The notes beneath the pieces are model-generated. The model did no database searches. It was given only the letters and a program-made list of their open reading frames with translations, and was not told the DNA's origin. A DNA stretch of 64,000 nt, taken from positions 8,742,001 to 8,806,000 of the forward strand of contig CDPCPM010000011.1 in assembly GCA_976551045.1 (NCBI GenBank), read 5' to 3'. Source of the stretch: Glaucostegus cemiculus (lineage: Eukaryota). A program made the translations under genes and the position numbers. Of this stretch, positions 1-12,082 are shown piece after piece. Position 1 is the stretch's first letter. Every line of letters begins with the position of its first letter.

Positions 1-424
1 TTTCAATTCCAGATAGGAATTCTTAAAATGCAGTCAAATCCATCTGTGGTTTCCTGCAGGAGCTGACAATAACAGAGTGGGAAGGTGGGAGAGGTTTACT
101 TATAGTAACGTGGTTTTAATTATGGAGGATAAATACTAAAATCAACTTTTTCTCTAGACCTCCCCCCTTACTTCAAAACAAAATAAAATGATGGTTGGTT
201 ATGAACCGGTTTCTCAAGCACTGGCAGAAATTAAATTTTAATGTATCAGCAGACACAGGGGCCTGAGGTAATAGGTACAGCTCAGATGAGACAGCTCCGC
301 CTGGTGGAGAATGAAAAACACCACCTAAATGCTGGTCTCTGCTCCAAGGCAATGCCTGCGCACGGCATGACTCACCACTGGTTCCTTGGCAGCAATCCCT
401 TCTGAGTGTCGGGAGGTTGGGTCA

Positions 425-775
425 CAGGGTGGCACAGTGGTACAACTAGTAGAGTCACTGCCTCACACACCAGAGACCCAGGTTCAATCCCGACCCTGGA
501 GTGCTGTGTGGAATTTGCACATTCTCCCTGCGATCTCATGGGTTTTCACCAGGTGCTCCAGTTTCCTCCCAGATCCCAAACACGTGCAGGTTGGTAGGTT
601 AACTGGTCACTTTAATCTGCCTCAAGTGTGTAGTGGAGTGGTAGAAGCTGAGAAGGGTTGATATGAATGTGGAGTGAATAAAGGGTTTTTATATAGGATT
701 AGTGTAAACGGGTGGTTGACTGTTGGCATGGACTCAGTGGATCAAAGGGCCTGTTTCTGTGTCCTATAACTCTAT
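425..775 (+). mobile_element. HE1-like tRNA-derived V-SINE, near full length
   Basis: A-box/B-box head (GGCACAGTGG...GGTTCAATCCC), V-domain (TGTGGAATTTGCACATTCTCC...GGTGCTCCAGTTTCCTCCC) and CR1/HER1-type tail (AAGGGCCTGTTTCTGTG...CTCTATG). Confidence 0.85.
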
Positions 776-879
776 GGTTCTGGCTGTCCACACAGATTGA
801 GTACAGAACCGGTTTCTCAAGCACTGTTGATATGTTATCGATGACTTGCAGAGGTCCTTGTGCCCAATGGGTGCAACTG

Positions 880-1425
880 TTCTTTATCATAAGGGATAGG
901 TGAATTTCTTTAGATTCAGTTGCAAACTTAAGAAGTTACATGGAGATCTTCTAAAAGTGTCTCTTGGGGTCCACCCCAGTACTGTGGGTTCTGATGTGGC
1001 TGATCAGGCCAATGTGAGACCCACATACTTTACAGCAAGTGCTTTACGGAGGTGGATGTGTAGTGGGAAATGGCTTGCTCCTTCTGTCAACTTTCCTGGT
1101 GTCTTACATTCTCCTGAAAGCATTTGAGGTTTACAGGGGTATTCCAAAAACTTTTGGATAGTAATGGGCCAGGGATCCTTGTTACACATTTTCAAGGAAG
1201 CTTTGAGGACATCTTTGAATCACTTCCTCTGCAACTCCTGGTATTCTCTTGCCATAACAGAGCTTGTGACAGAGTGCCTATTTTCAAAATATGGTGTTGG
1301 GCATGTAAACGATGTGGCCTGTCCATTGAAATCAACAGAGTAATAGGCATGTCAATGTTGATGATGTTGGCTTGGGAGAACATTGATGAAGGTTTGCTGC
1401 TCTACCAGATCTGGAGGATTTGCAG
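880..1425 (-). mobile_element. RTE-clade LINE, decayed 3' part of the ORF
   Basis: Frameshifted minus-strand translation resembles the RTE C-terminus (LQILQIW...SQANIINI...GHIVxMP...GKRxPG...FKDVLKASL). Confidence 0.7.
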
Positions 1426-2669
1426 AGTCTGTGTTTGTGGTACCCTCGAGTACATTGTGACGTTTGTTGGGAGTCAGATTGTCTGCAAGATGCTATCCAA
1501 GAAAAGCTATCTTTGTGGGGTCCTTCTGAATTTCAACACTAATCTTCTAGTGGTTGTTAGTCAGTATTTCACAGATGTGTGCAAGGTACTTAGCAAGATG
1601 GATAAAGCTTTTTTGTGTTTCTCTAACTTGGGAACACCAAAAAATAAAGTTCAAATCATGGCTTTAAAAAATAAAGGAGCTGTAGCATGCTGGTAACGTG
1701 GAGAATTAATTCAGTGCAGTGCAATGAATAATGTTTTTTAAACTACTTGTGTAAAATTAAAGCTGGAATTACTTTCTATTGATGTGGAATAATGACATCA
1801 AATTATTTGTAGGAAAGGTTCATTTCTTTTCTGCTCTAGTTCCAGCTTTAACATTCACTTCAGTTGCCACGAAGAGGTTCTGTAGCTAGGTCTGCACAAA
1901 AGAAGTCATGTCTAAATCAAATATACCAGTAGACATAGCAAACTTCTCCATGGGGAATAAAACAAACAGATGAGGTTACTGCTTTGCTACCTCTCTCACT
2001 GAGGCCCTGGATTCAGAGTAAAATGGTAATATGATTTCTGAGAACTGCTTTACTTCAACACATCCTCGGTCATTTTTGTGCAGTGCGATTACAATTATTA
2101 AAAGCAAAATTATTTAAATGAAACCAGTTTCTGCAAATACCTAATCTGGAAGTCAATGCAACAGTTCACAAAGAGACAAAGAAAATCTTTTGATGATAGC
2201 CAAGCAACATTTTACTTGACCTTTAAAGGTTGCAGAATCATTAATATTGTACTTGTGTTACTAACATAATGAATATTAACTCATTTAAGAATGTAGCCTT
2301 ATCTGAAAATTTGTTCAGTAATACTGTGCCCCTCCACCCTGGCTGGTCATTTGTTCACTTTGGCCACTGGAGGGAATTGATGAAGTACTTCCTTATCTGA
2401 CACTAATTCCAGGCCCATTAATTCCAAAATTAGCTTCTGGTGCAGGGAAAGTACCCTAGAATGAATTTCATGCAGAATTTAAATAAAACTGTTCTTAACA
2501 GATTCTTAAGTTTCTAAGTTTGAAAAGTGAATCTGTTACAACAAAATGCTAACACCAGCAATATAAACATAACTCCAGACTTTTCAATAAAATAATCAAA
2601 GGCCAAACTAAACCACAAGGCCCCTTTAATCAAATCTATGGAGATTTGACCAATTTCAGTCCCTAAAGG

Positions 2670-2812
2670 ATCTTAGTGAGGCAGATGAATTTTTTTTAAT
2701 AAAATTCAAGTAGTTTCAATAATCACCTTCACTTATAATATTTTATTAATGTAACTTCATTAATTGTATTTAAATTCCCCAGCTGCCAAGCTGGGATTTG
2801 AACACTGGTCCA
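2670..2812 (-). mobile_element. Fragment of an old tRNA-derived SINE; related copies at ~23060-23350 and ~47560-47720
   Basis: Minus-strand B-box GTTCAAATCCC followed by GGCAGCTGGGGAATTTAAAT; the pattern recurs elsewhere in the window. Confidence 0.5.
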
Positions 2813-2819
2813 AGAATCG

Positions 2820-4000
2820 CAGATGGATATAACATGGAAGGAAGTCATTCAGCCCATCAGTTCTTTGCCAGCTGTACTGCTCTATACTGTCCACATGGCC
2901 CTACGTTTTTTTTCCCTTGCAAGTACCTATCCAACTCCCTTGTAAATTCATGATTGAATCTGCCTTCATTACTGTCCTGGCTATACATTCTAAATCCTCA
3001 CCACTGACTGGATAAATAGAGGTGTCCTCATGACACCTTACATTCTTTTGACCCTTCTGCCAATAGGGACAGTTTCTCTTCATCTCCTGTCTACATTCCT
3101 CATGATTTTAACTAGATCCCCATAATCTCCTTTGTTCCACAGAGAACCCATCCAACACCTGCAGTCTGCACACATAACTAAAGTTACTATTCCTGAAATT
3201 ATTTTGTTTAATCTCTTCTGCATTCACGCCAAGCCTTTTCATCCTTCCTACAGTTGCAGCCGAACCAGTATTTTATAAAAGGATCATTTGCACATCTGTG
3301 CTCTTGCACTCTTTGCCTCTTCTTATAAATCCAAGTTCCCATGTAGTAACTATTTATAACTGCTTTCTCAACCTACCTGTCATTTAGAATGTCACCTCTC
3401 AACTCCTGCTCCACCCCTTCCCTCTAGCTTTTTATACTACCGGCCCTCTTTCAGCCCAGATGAAGGGTCTCGACCTGAAATGTCAACTGTCTATTTCCCT
3501 CCATAGATGCTGTCTGACTTGCTGATTTCCTCTAGTGCTTTATGCGTTGCTCCAGATTCCAACATCTGCAGTATCCTGTGTCTCTATGTTGCCATTTAGA
3601 ATGATTTACACACATATACCCTTAGATTTCTGTTTGGAATTGTGCCTCAGTTTACATTGCATTTTCTGTGTTACGTTTCATCTACATGTCTGCCTATTCC
3701 ACCGGTCTATAGATTTTCAATGACTATTACATTCCTCCTCACAATTCATTGCAAGTTCAAGTTTTCTGTATCTTATATTAAACTTGTAAATTATGCCCTG
3801 CACACCCAAACCCAGCCCATTAATAAATATTAAGAAAATAGAGATCTTAGCACAGACTCCCAAGGAACTCCACTGCAACCTCATCTGAAAATGAATTATT
3901 CTGTTTCCTGTCCCTAAGCCGACTTTCTATCCATGTACTCTTTACTCCATTGGTTTTAATTTCAATGACAAGCCGGCTGCATAGCACCTTCAAACCTTGT
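2820..4000 (-). mobile_element. Decayed CR1 LINE 3' region, interrupted by a Penelope-derived insert
   Basis: Reverse CR1 3' end (GGAAGTCATTCAGCCCATC) and CR1 ORF2 C-terminal remnants on both sides of the insert at 3392-3592. Confidence 0.6.
3392..3592 (+). mobile_element. Penelope-like terminal-repeat fragment with a degenerate hammerhead ribozyme and an 11-bp target-site duplication
   Basis: CATTTAGAATG at 3381-3391 and 3593-3603 flanks it. It contains CAGATGA-AGGGTCTCGACCT-GAAA-TGTC and the AGATGCTG...CTGACTTGCTGA motif also seen at 58-60 kb. Confidence 0.75.
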
Positions 4001-5204
4001 CAACCCCATTCCCATAATTGGATTCTCAGTTCATCAAATATTCTGTTGTCAATTCAATGACATTATCTCCAACATTGACTTAGGGAGGAAAATGCCAGCA
4101 GTTCCACAAAGAACAGTAAACATTTTTCAGAAAAACCTGGGCCATAATAGAAATGTCCAAATTCAAATCCCCATTTTCTGGCAGGCATGGATGCTCGTTG
4201 TTCAGACTTCTGCACTTATTCTAAGCATGGTGTGGGTGGGCACCATGAAAGTGGCAATGGATCAGTCTCAGGTTATTTTGATATCAGAAAATGGTGACAA
4301 ACAGCTCAGGCCTGCTTTCTCAGGTACAAACTTCCTTGATGGGTACAGTCTTAGCTCCAACTGAGGGATAATGTTAGAAGAAATCAAACAGTATTGCACC
4401 TGGTATTTATTTTGCATAGTTTCTATTTTAAAATCATAGCTGATGTTTACATCTTAAGCACTAGTTTATGACCAGAAACTCAAATGAATTTTATTTCCAT
4501 ATGATTTTCCATGAATATCTTGCATCATCTAGGAAATATATCCTCTATATAACTGGACTACAAATTTATTTTTCCATAGTGTCAGAGTCATAGAGAGCGT
4601 ATAAGCAGGCCCTTCGGCCCACAAGGTCTACACTGGCCATCAACCACCTAGAACCACCAACACAAATCCAATTTTCAAAATTTTTTCCAGATGTAGTCTG
4701 GTATTTTCTCCATTGACATAACCCAGGAATTAAATCCAAAAATACACCCATTTTGCCTGTCATAATATTGAGATTTGGCCATTGGATGCACAATAGGCAG
4801 AAATTAAATGGTTTTCAGGAAATGCATACATTATATATTCATTAATAATAAAATGTCCATTTACATAACCATCAAATGCAATTGCATTGAACATGTACAT
4901 GGCTCTGTAATTTAAGGCAAGATTGATAAAATGGGCATTTGGTGGAAGGCTCCATATGTGATCACTAAAAGTGAATGTAATTTGATTTAATTTGCCCAGC
5001 TGACATAGGTACATCTAATTGTAAGCAGCAAATTTCAGGCCATAATACCATGCATGCATGCGTGTGTGCATTTGACTGTTTCAATATTAGTCTCTTAATG
5101 CCCTAATTCTTCTCAGCTGTAATCATTACTATTCTACCAGGCACATGGCTAAATAAAACTTTACTCAGAAGCTGCAATCCTGCTGTTCTTAGTGAAAGTT
5201 CAAG

Positions 5205-5620
5205 TAGAGTCATAGAGCAATACAGCACAGATACAGGCCCTTTGGCCCAACGAGTCCATGCCAACTATGGTGCCCACCCTAGTACCAATTTTCTGTGTTG
5301 AGCCCATATTCCTCTCAGCCCCATCCCTCCCTGTACCTAACCAATTGCTTCTTAAATGATACTATTGTACCTGCCTCAACCACTTCCTCTGGCAGCTCGT
5401 TCCCTATACTCACCATCCACTGCATAAAAAAGTTGCCCCTCAGATCCTTTCTAAATTTTTCCCCTCTAAACCTAAATCTATGCCCCTGTAATCTATGATA
5501 ACCTTCTTCACTATCCATAACACCTCTTAATTTCATGTCATCAGCAAATGTATTGATCAAGCCTTATATTTACATCCAAATAACGAATAACAGGAGTCCC
5601 AACACCAAGTACTGTGGACA
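5205..5620 (-). mobile_element. CR1/HER1 LINE fragment with an internal deletion
   Basis: ORF 5315-5560 reads INTFADDMKL...EEGYHRLQ fused directly to GHRFRFRGEKFRKDLRGNFF. CR1 tail at 5205-5270. Confidence 0.85.
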
Positions 5621-8024
5621 TTCTATCACAAGAGCTTACTAAACAATTCTAGGAGAAAGTAAAGAAGCCACAAAGGGCACAACTCCTTCAGAGAAGCCTA
5701 GGACATGTTTTAAGCTTTCTACAATCACGAGTGGGTGGTTCCAATCTTAAAAAATCCAATTATGACTTATATTAAAAAAACTTGTTAACTAGAGATATAA
5801 TGTCAGAACATTTCATGCTGTTATTGATCCTTGCAGAGCCCATGCATTCATGTGCCACTATTGATTCATCTTCTAGGTTTTGTTTCAATCCTTTAGTTCT
5901 GTTTAGTTGGCAGGACTAGTTGGGGGTTAGAGTCTATGTCATGCTGGTGATGAGTTACATCTCAGTGTTAGTGAAGCATGGAAGCAGATTGTGGGCCACA
6001 ATCAGGGCTGATTGTGTAGGCAGAAGCAAGAAGAGGATTAAAGTTTATTTGAAGTGCAGATCTTGAAATAAAAATAATCCACAATGTTAGCAGGGGGCAT
6101 TAATCTCAAACTGCATTACAATCAGAAATTATAGAAATATTCCCCATAAATTAATCATTATGGATCACTGATCTAGCTCACGAAAAATTGATGACACTAA
6201 CTTTGCATCTTAATCCAAAAGTTCAAACATTGTTTAGGCCTGATTTTCTCATACTCTCCAAACTTTGACTTTTCATACTCTTTGAATCAGCTCTCTCTAC
6301 TGAAGAATCTCATTTATTAAATGCTTAATGACTCCAGTGTATGCATTAATCTGTTAAAATGATACAAGTACTACCTAAAATGCCCAAACAGAAAACTTGT
6401 ACAAAGTCAAACATATTATTATATAATGTATTAAATAACTGTTTAAAACAATAACATAAAACACAGCAAAAAATTCACTTCCATCAGAATCAGGGAGCTA
6501 TTACCTAACAATGGCAAGAATGTAAAACGTTACCAGAGTTCAACTGACTTGAGGCCAGGGTTTGCTCTGGGACTGCTTCAGAAGGGGTTACTCTGTGTAA
6601 ACATGTGTAATAATAGGGAGGAGCATTTTAAGGACAGGGAAGAGATGAAGTTCTTTCAGGAGAGGATTTTAGGGGACAGATTTTAAATACTGGATGATTG
6701 GCCTCTAAAGAGGGAACAGGAAACCAGCAGTAATCAAGAACCAGTTGAGTGAAGTGTGCAGACAGGAATGTTGGTCTGGAGAAAATTGCTCAGCTACAGA
6801 AATTCAAGCATCGCACATTAAGGAAACCTTTTTTTTAAAAAAGTACTCAGTTTAAAATGAACAGATCTTGCATGCACAGGCATTAAATACAAAGTAGCCT
6901 CCACTGACAATTGCACTGCAACGTGTACAAAGAAAGACTGCCTAACTTTGTCTGGCATGCTACAAAGTGGGATATTTGAGGGCTTTTCTACCAACAAACC
7001 CAGAGTTTAATCGAGGTAGAGAAGCTGTAGAGACAGATGCGTTTCATCATCTCCTGAGGAGTCAAAGCTTCTCAGCAGCCTAATGAAGGCAACGAGTTCA
7101 GCCAAAGTTTAGTAAAACACACAATATCACCAAATAAACAGTCATTTACATACACAGTTGTTTGCTGGACAGTAACTAAATTCAGTGTTTTGATCTTGTT
7201 TTTAATTATCTTAATAATCCTGTTTTTGGTAGCTGGTTCTCCATGGTACAGCAAATTTAAACATTTTTCCCCTTTTTTCAATGAGCTGCAATTCTGCACA
7301 AACTGTAATATCTCAGAAGGAAGTTAACTGTAAATGATCACAAGTCCTCCAGCAAAGAAGGGGAACAAAAGTTGATTCTGTAGGTTAAAAACCCATCTGG
7401 CAATAATCAAATTGTTTTAATGTTGGCTTGGGAACTGTGAGCTCCATAAACATTGGTGTATTCATCGCATCTTCAGGAGATGTTACAAGCTGCAAGGTTA
7501 ATCATGAGCAAGAATGAGGCACTTCCATTAAGGATTTTGTTTTTGTGATGCTCAAGCCTGTGGCAGCATATTCCCAGGATTTGGGAAAATGTTCTCAAGG
7601 GATTTGCCATTTTGAAGTGAGTCAAGTTCAGCATCACAAAATTTCATTTACAGAGCAAGTTTCACAGATTTTAGTGAACGACAGGCATGAGCATACCTTG
7701 TTCATTTTGCCCTTCAGTTACATATTGATGACATTAACACTGTACGATAACAGTCCATATTAACAGAAGCCAAATGTCTAAATCTTAGGTTAATAAAAAT
7801 GAGCCTTTACACTCAAGGAGGTTTGGTTCTGTTAAAGGATCTCTCAAAGAAAGTACTGTATTTCCTGACAATCACCACCTGCATCTTAATCACAATCATC
7901 TGAAATTAGCTTTAAAAAATCCAGTCTGATATGCTGATAGAGTTATTTTTAAGTAAAATTCTTTTTCCATAGGATAGCAGGGTATTCATAGATCTCTCCC
8001 ATGATTGTGCTGGTTACAAGCTTA

Positions 8025-8200
8025 CATAGAACAGTACAGCACAGAACAAGACCTCTGGCCCACAATGTTGTGCTGACATAGCTAATCCCTCCTACCTACA
8101 GAATGCCCATATCCCTCCACTTTCCTCTTATTCATGTGCCCATCTAAGCCCCTTTTAAAAGCTCCCAATGAATTTGCCTCCACCACCCTATCAGGCAACA
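8025..8200 (-). mobile_element. CR1 3' end
   Basis: CATAGAACAGTACAGCACAG...GGCCCACAATGTTGTGC, the reverse complement of the CR1 tail. Confidence 0.8.
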
Positions 8201-8374
8201 TGATAACTCATTCAGTGGTTTACCAAGATCAAGACCTCAATGAATTGTAACAATTGTCATACTTTCACATAGTACAAGCATTTAAGTTTTAAAATGCTAT
8301 CCACTAGGAACAGAAGGGAACATAAAATCCTGAAAATTATATTTTTTACACTGTCAAGCAATTTTATTATGATA

Positions 8375-8660
8375 TATTTATTAGTCACACGTACATCAAA
8401 ACACAGTGAAATGCGTCTTTTCGCATTACTAAGAATGTGCTGTGGATAGTCCGCCAGTGTCGCCACTCTTCTAGTGCCGACATAGCATGCCCACAACTCC
8501 TAACCTGGACGTCTTTGGAATGTGGGAGGAAACTGGAGCACCTGGAAGAAATGCACTGAGACACAGGTAGAACGTACAAACTCCTTACAGACAGGGACGG
8601 GAATTGAATCTGGTCAGTAGCACTCTAATAGCATTTTGCTAACTGCTATGCTGCCATGCT
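8375..8660 (-). mobile_element. V-SINE of a second family with a Rex1/Babar-like tail
   Basis: Minus strand shows a tRNA-like head with TTCAATTCCC, a V-domain (GGAGTTTGTACGTTCT...GGTGCTCCAGTTTCCTCCCACATTCCAAAGACGT) and the tail CATTTCACTGTG...GTACGTGTGACTAATAAA. Confidence 0.75.
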
Positions 8661-9164
8661 GTCATGCTGTCATGATAGGCTAAGATATGATAAATAGAGG
8701 GAAGTTGTTCCCTGGACCAGATGGTTTAGGGGCCAAGGAACAGATTTAAAGTGAAAAGCAAAAGGTGTAAAGTGTGGGATTGGTTATGATCCCATTCCAA
8801 TCCCTCCTATCCAGTGGTAATGATAAAGCTTACTAAGTTATTTACATGCAAAATAATGAATTAAAGCACAAAAATGTACAGAAATCAAAAAGTACAAGTA
8901 CTGCAAGTAAAATCATCTCAACAGTTATTGACATACACTGAGAAAGTTCTGTTTGCACAAAATTGTTTTGGGTGAAACAATCAAAGTTGGATGCAGGCAA
9001 AGATTCCACCCACTGTTGTGAAACACATTAGTTAAAATGAATTTAAATTAAAATCATGAGAACTAATTTCCAATGATGAAAGCAATTAACAGCAATTAAA
9101 TTCAAAGACAACTTGGAACACCCCAGATATAGTGTTGACTTGTTGAATAGAAGTTCATTTAAAC

Positions 9165-9650
9165 TCATAGAACTATTGCAGCATAGGAGGTCATTTCATC
9201 CACTGAGTCTAGCTCCCTGTAGAGCCATCCATTCAAACCCATTCCCCTATTCATTCTCCACTGCTCTGCAAGTTAGTGACCCTTAAGGGCCTATCCAGTT
9301 CTGAACTGAAAGATTGAATAGATTGTTTGACAAGGAGCTGGCACGGACTCAGTGGATGAAATGGCTTCTCACACTGCAACAGTTCCATTACTGTTTCTTC
9401 TATCCCTGCAGAGAGTGAGTTCCAAATCATAATCAATCCCACCCTCTACACCTTTAGCTCTTCACTTTAAATCTGTTCCTTGGCCCCAAACCATTTGCTC
9501 CAGGGAACAATTTCCCTCTATTTACCATACCTTAGCCAATCATGATCTTGTGCACATCCAACAAATCTCCTCCAAGCCTTCTATAACCTGAGGAGAACCA
9601 GCTAGTTTCTCTAATCCAATCTAATTTAATGAAATCCCTCTTTCCTGAAT
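9165..9650 (-). mobile_element. Old CR1 3' fragment containing a short plus-strand CR1/HE1 tail (~9335-9390)
   Basis: Reverse CR1 tail CATAGAAC...AGGAGGTCATTTC and WNSL-type coding remnants. Confidence 0.6.
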
Positions 9651-10229
9651 GAACATCTCAGTTCTTCAGGCTGGGAAGAAAAATGAGTGTTGTTCACTTT
9701 TCATTAATTTGCTGATCAACTTATCCAGCTTGCTCCCATTATTAATTCCAAGCCGCCAAACAATGAGCAATTGGATAGGAGGGGTGAGGGTGGCACAAGA
9801 ACAAATCTAATCCACTCTATTACATCTCTAACCTTCTCTTTATTACCATGCCAGTCATCTTAACTGCAAGACACTAGAATGTAATCCTATAATCTGTTGG
9901 TTACAAGTGATGATGCCAAGTATGAAGAAGAGATACAAGCTAAATTGACTGTTGCCTATCCTCTCTCAGAAAGAGCCACAGTATCTGCTGAAGAACTTAA
10001 TCTTGTCCAGTTATACTGAAACTTCAATTTACTTTCAACAAAATCTTTTAGAAAGATTTTGCTAGGACATTGCTCTATAAAATACAATCCAGTGGGGCAC
10101 ATTATCTATCAATATCCTGTCTTGGTTGAGGTCTTTTGGTTTTTGTAATTGCATCCAGAAGCAAGACAAAAGACAATAAGGTAATGTGTGGGGCCAACCC
10201 TCACTGACTTGTATTTGTGTTTAGTTGAA

Positions 10230-11440
10230 GATAGAACACAGAACAGCAGAGCACAGGAACAGGCCCTTTGGCCCACAATGTTGTGCTAAACTGATTAAAC
10301 TCATAATTAAATGCCCAACTAAACTAATCCTTTCTGCCTACGGATGGTCCCTATCCCTCCATTCTCTGCACATTCATGTGCCCTATCCAAGAGCCTTTTA
10401 AATGCCTCTATCGTGTTTGCCTCCACTACCACCCCCAGCAGCGCATTCCAGGCACCCCTTTACTTTCCATGTAAAAAAAATGCCCTGCACATCCACTTTG
10501 AACTTAGCCCCTCTCACCTTAGATACATGCCCTCTAGTATTGGCCATTTCAACCCTGGGAAAAAGATACCAGCTGTCTACTGAGTCTATGCCTCTCATAA
10601 CTTCTATGAGGTCTCCCCTCAGCCTCCGTTGCTCCAGGAAAAACATCTCATTTGTCCAACCTTTCCAATGGCACTGCCCTCTATCCAGGCAGCATCCTGG
10701 TAAACCTCTTCTGCACCTTCTCCAAAGCCTCCATATCCTTCCTATAATGGGGTAACTGGAACTAAATGCAATACTCCAGATGTGGCCTGAACAAAGTTTA
10801 ATAAAAGTTCAACACAGCTTCTGGACTCTTGAACTCAATGCTTCAACTAATGAAGGCAAGTATACCATATGCCTTCTTTATCATCCTTTCAACCTGTGCA
10901 GCCACTTTCAAGGAGCTGTGGACATGGAACCCAAGATCCCTCTGTACATCAACACTGTCTATAGTTTCCAGGATTATCCCTACATCCTTTCTTGAATAAT
11001 GGAATAGCATTAGCTTCTCACCAGTCCTCTGCGACCTCACCTGGTGCTAGAGAGGACACAAAAGATCTTGGTCAAGGCCCAAATAGTCTCATCTCTTGCC
11101 TCTTTCGATAACGTAGGATATATCCCATCAGGTCCTGGGCCCTTATCCATCTTAATGTTCCACCTATATCTCAAAATGCTGTAGCATATCAGCACATTCC
11201 ATACTGATCTCACTATCCTCCACATTCTTCATCGTATTAAGTACACTTTGTCTACATCCTCTACCTCCAAGCACATTTCCTCCTTTATCCTTGAGTGGTC
11301 CTACTCTCCTTCGTTATCCTCTTACTCTTGATGTATGTATAAAATGCTTGGGTTTCTCCTTAATCCCACTCACCAAGGACTTTTCATGGCCCCTCCTGGC
11401 TCTCCCAATTCCCTTCTCAAGTACTTTTCTAGTTTCATTG
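10230..11440 (-). mobile_element. CR1/HER1 LINE, 5'-truncated and internally deleted
   Basis: Minus-strand ORFs give FFLEQRRLRGDLIEV...TRGH, QRDLGFHVHSSLKVAAQVERMIKKAYGILAFI and DKGPGPDGIYP. CR1 tail at 10230. Confidence 0.9.
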
Positions 11441-11799
11441 AGGAGATGGTTAGATACTGTTCAATGCCCCCAGCTCCCATGGTCTGATGTTTTATAGTAC
11501 AGATTTATACTAATTCTAAGATCTAAAATTAATTCAGACCTGTACTAACCTGTAGCTCATTAATTTACCAGTGCACCTTTTGCAATCTCAGCCAACAGCG
11601 ACCTCAGCCAACAATGTTTCTGAGTTAGGGAAACCTCAGGTTACAGACAGTTCTTGGAACCCTTACATAACCCGGGTAGTTTTGATACTTAAAAAGAATA
11701 GTTCTTCTGCTCGAGGAAGATGATCGAGGGCAATTTCTGTGGTCCAGATTTTCTGCTGACACCGGTCCAAAGGTGCCAGAATGGAGAGTTTCAACTTGT

Positions 11800-12082
11800 A
11801 TATTTGTACCTCACAGCTCCAGTGACCCCACTGCCACATGGGATTCTTCCAGGTGCTCTTGGTTTCCCCCCACATCCCAAAGGTGCATGGATTAGCAGGT
11901 TAATTGACCACTGTAAATTGTCCCAATGCATAAGCAAGCAGCTAAATCTGCAGGGAATTAATGAGATTGTTGAAAGAATAAAGTGAGTTTAGTATAGGAT
12001 TAGTGTAAATAGGTGCTTGATGGTTAGTTAGCATTGACTGTGGGCTGAAGAGCCTGTTTCACTGCTCTACAATTCTATGACT
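11800..12082 (+). mobile_element. HE1-like V-SINE, 5'-deleted
   Basis: V-domain CAGGTGCTCTTGGTTTCCCCCCACATCCCAAAGG and tail GGGCTGAAGAGCCTGTTTC...CTATGA. Confidence 0.8.

Noticed and set aside
425-500. tRNA-like A and B boxes as a tRNA gene
   Set aside because: They are SINE heads continuing into a V-domain and LINE tail, with no full cloverleaf.
1124-1696. 190-aa plus-strand ORF
   Set aside because: It is largely the antisense reading of the decayed RTE LINE and has no recognisable domain.
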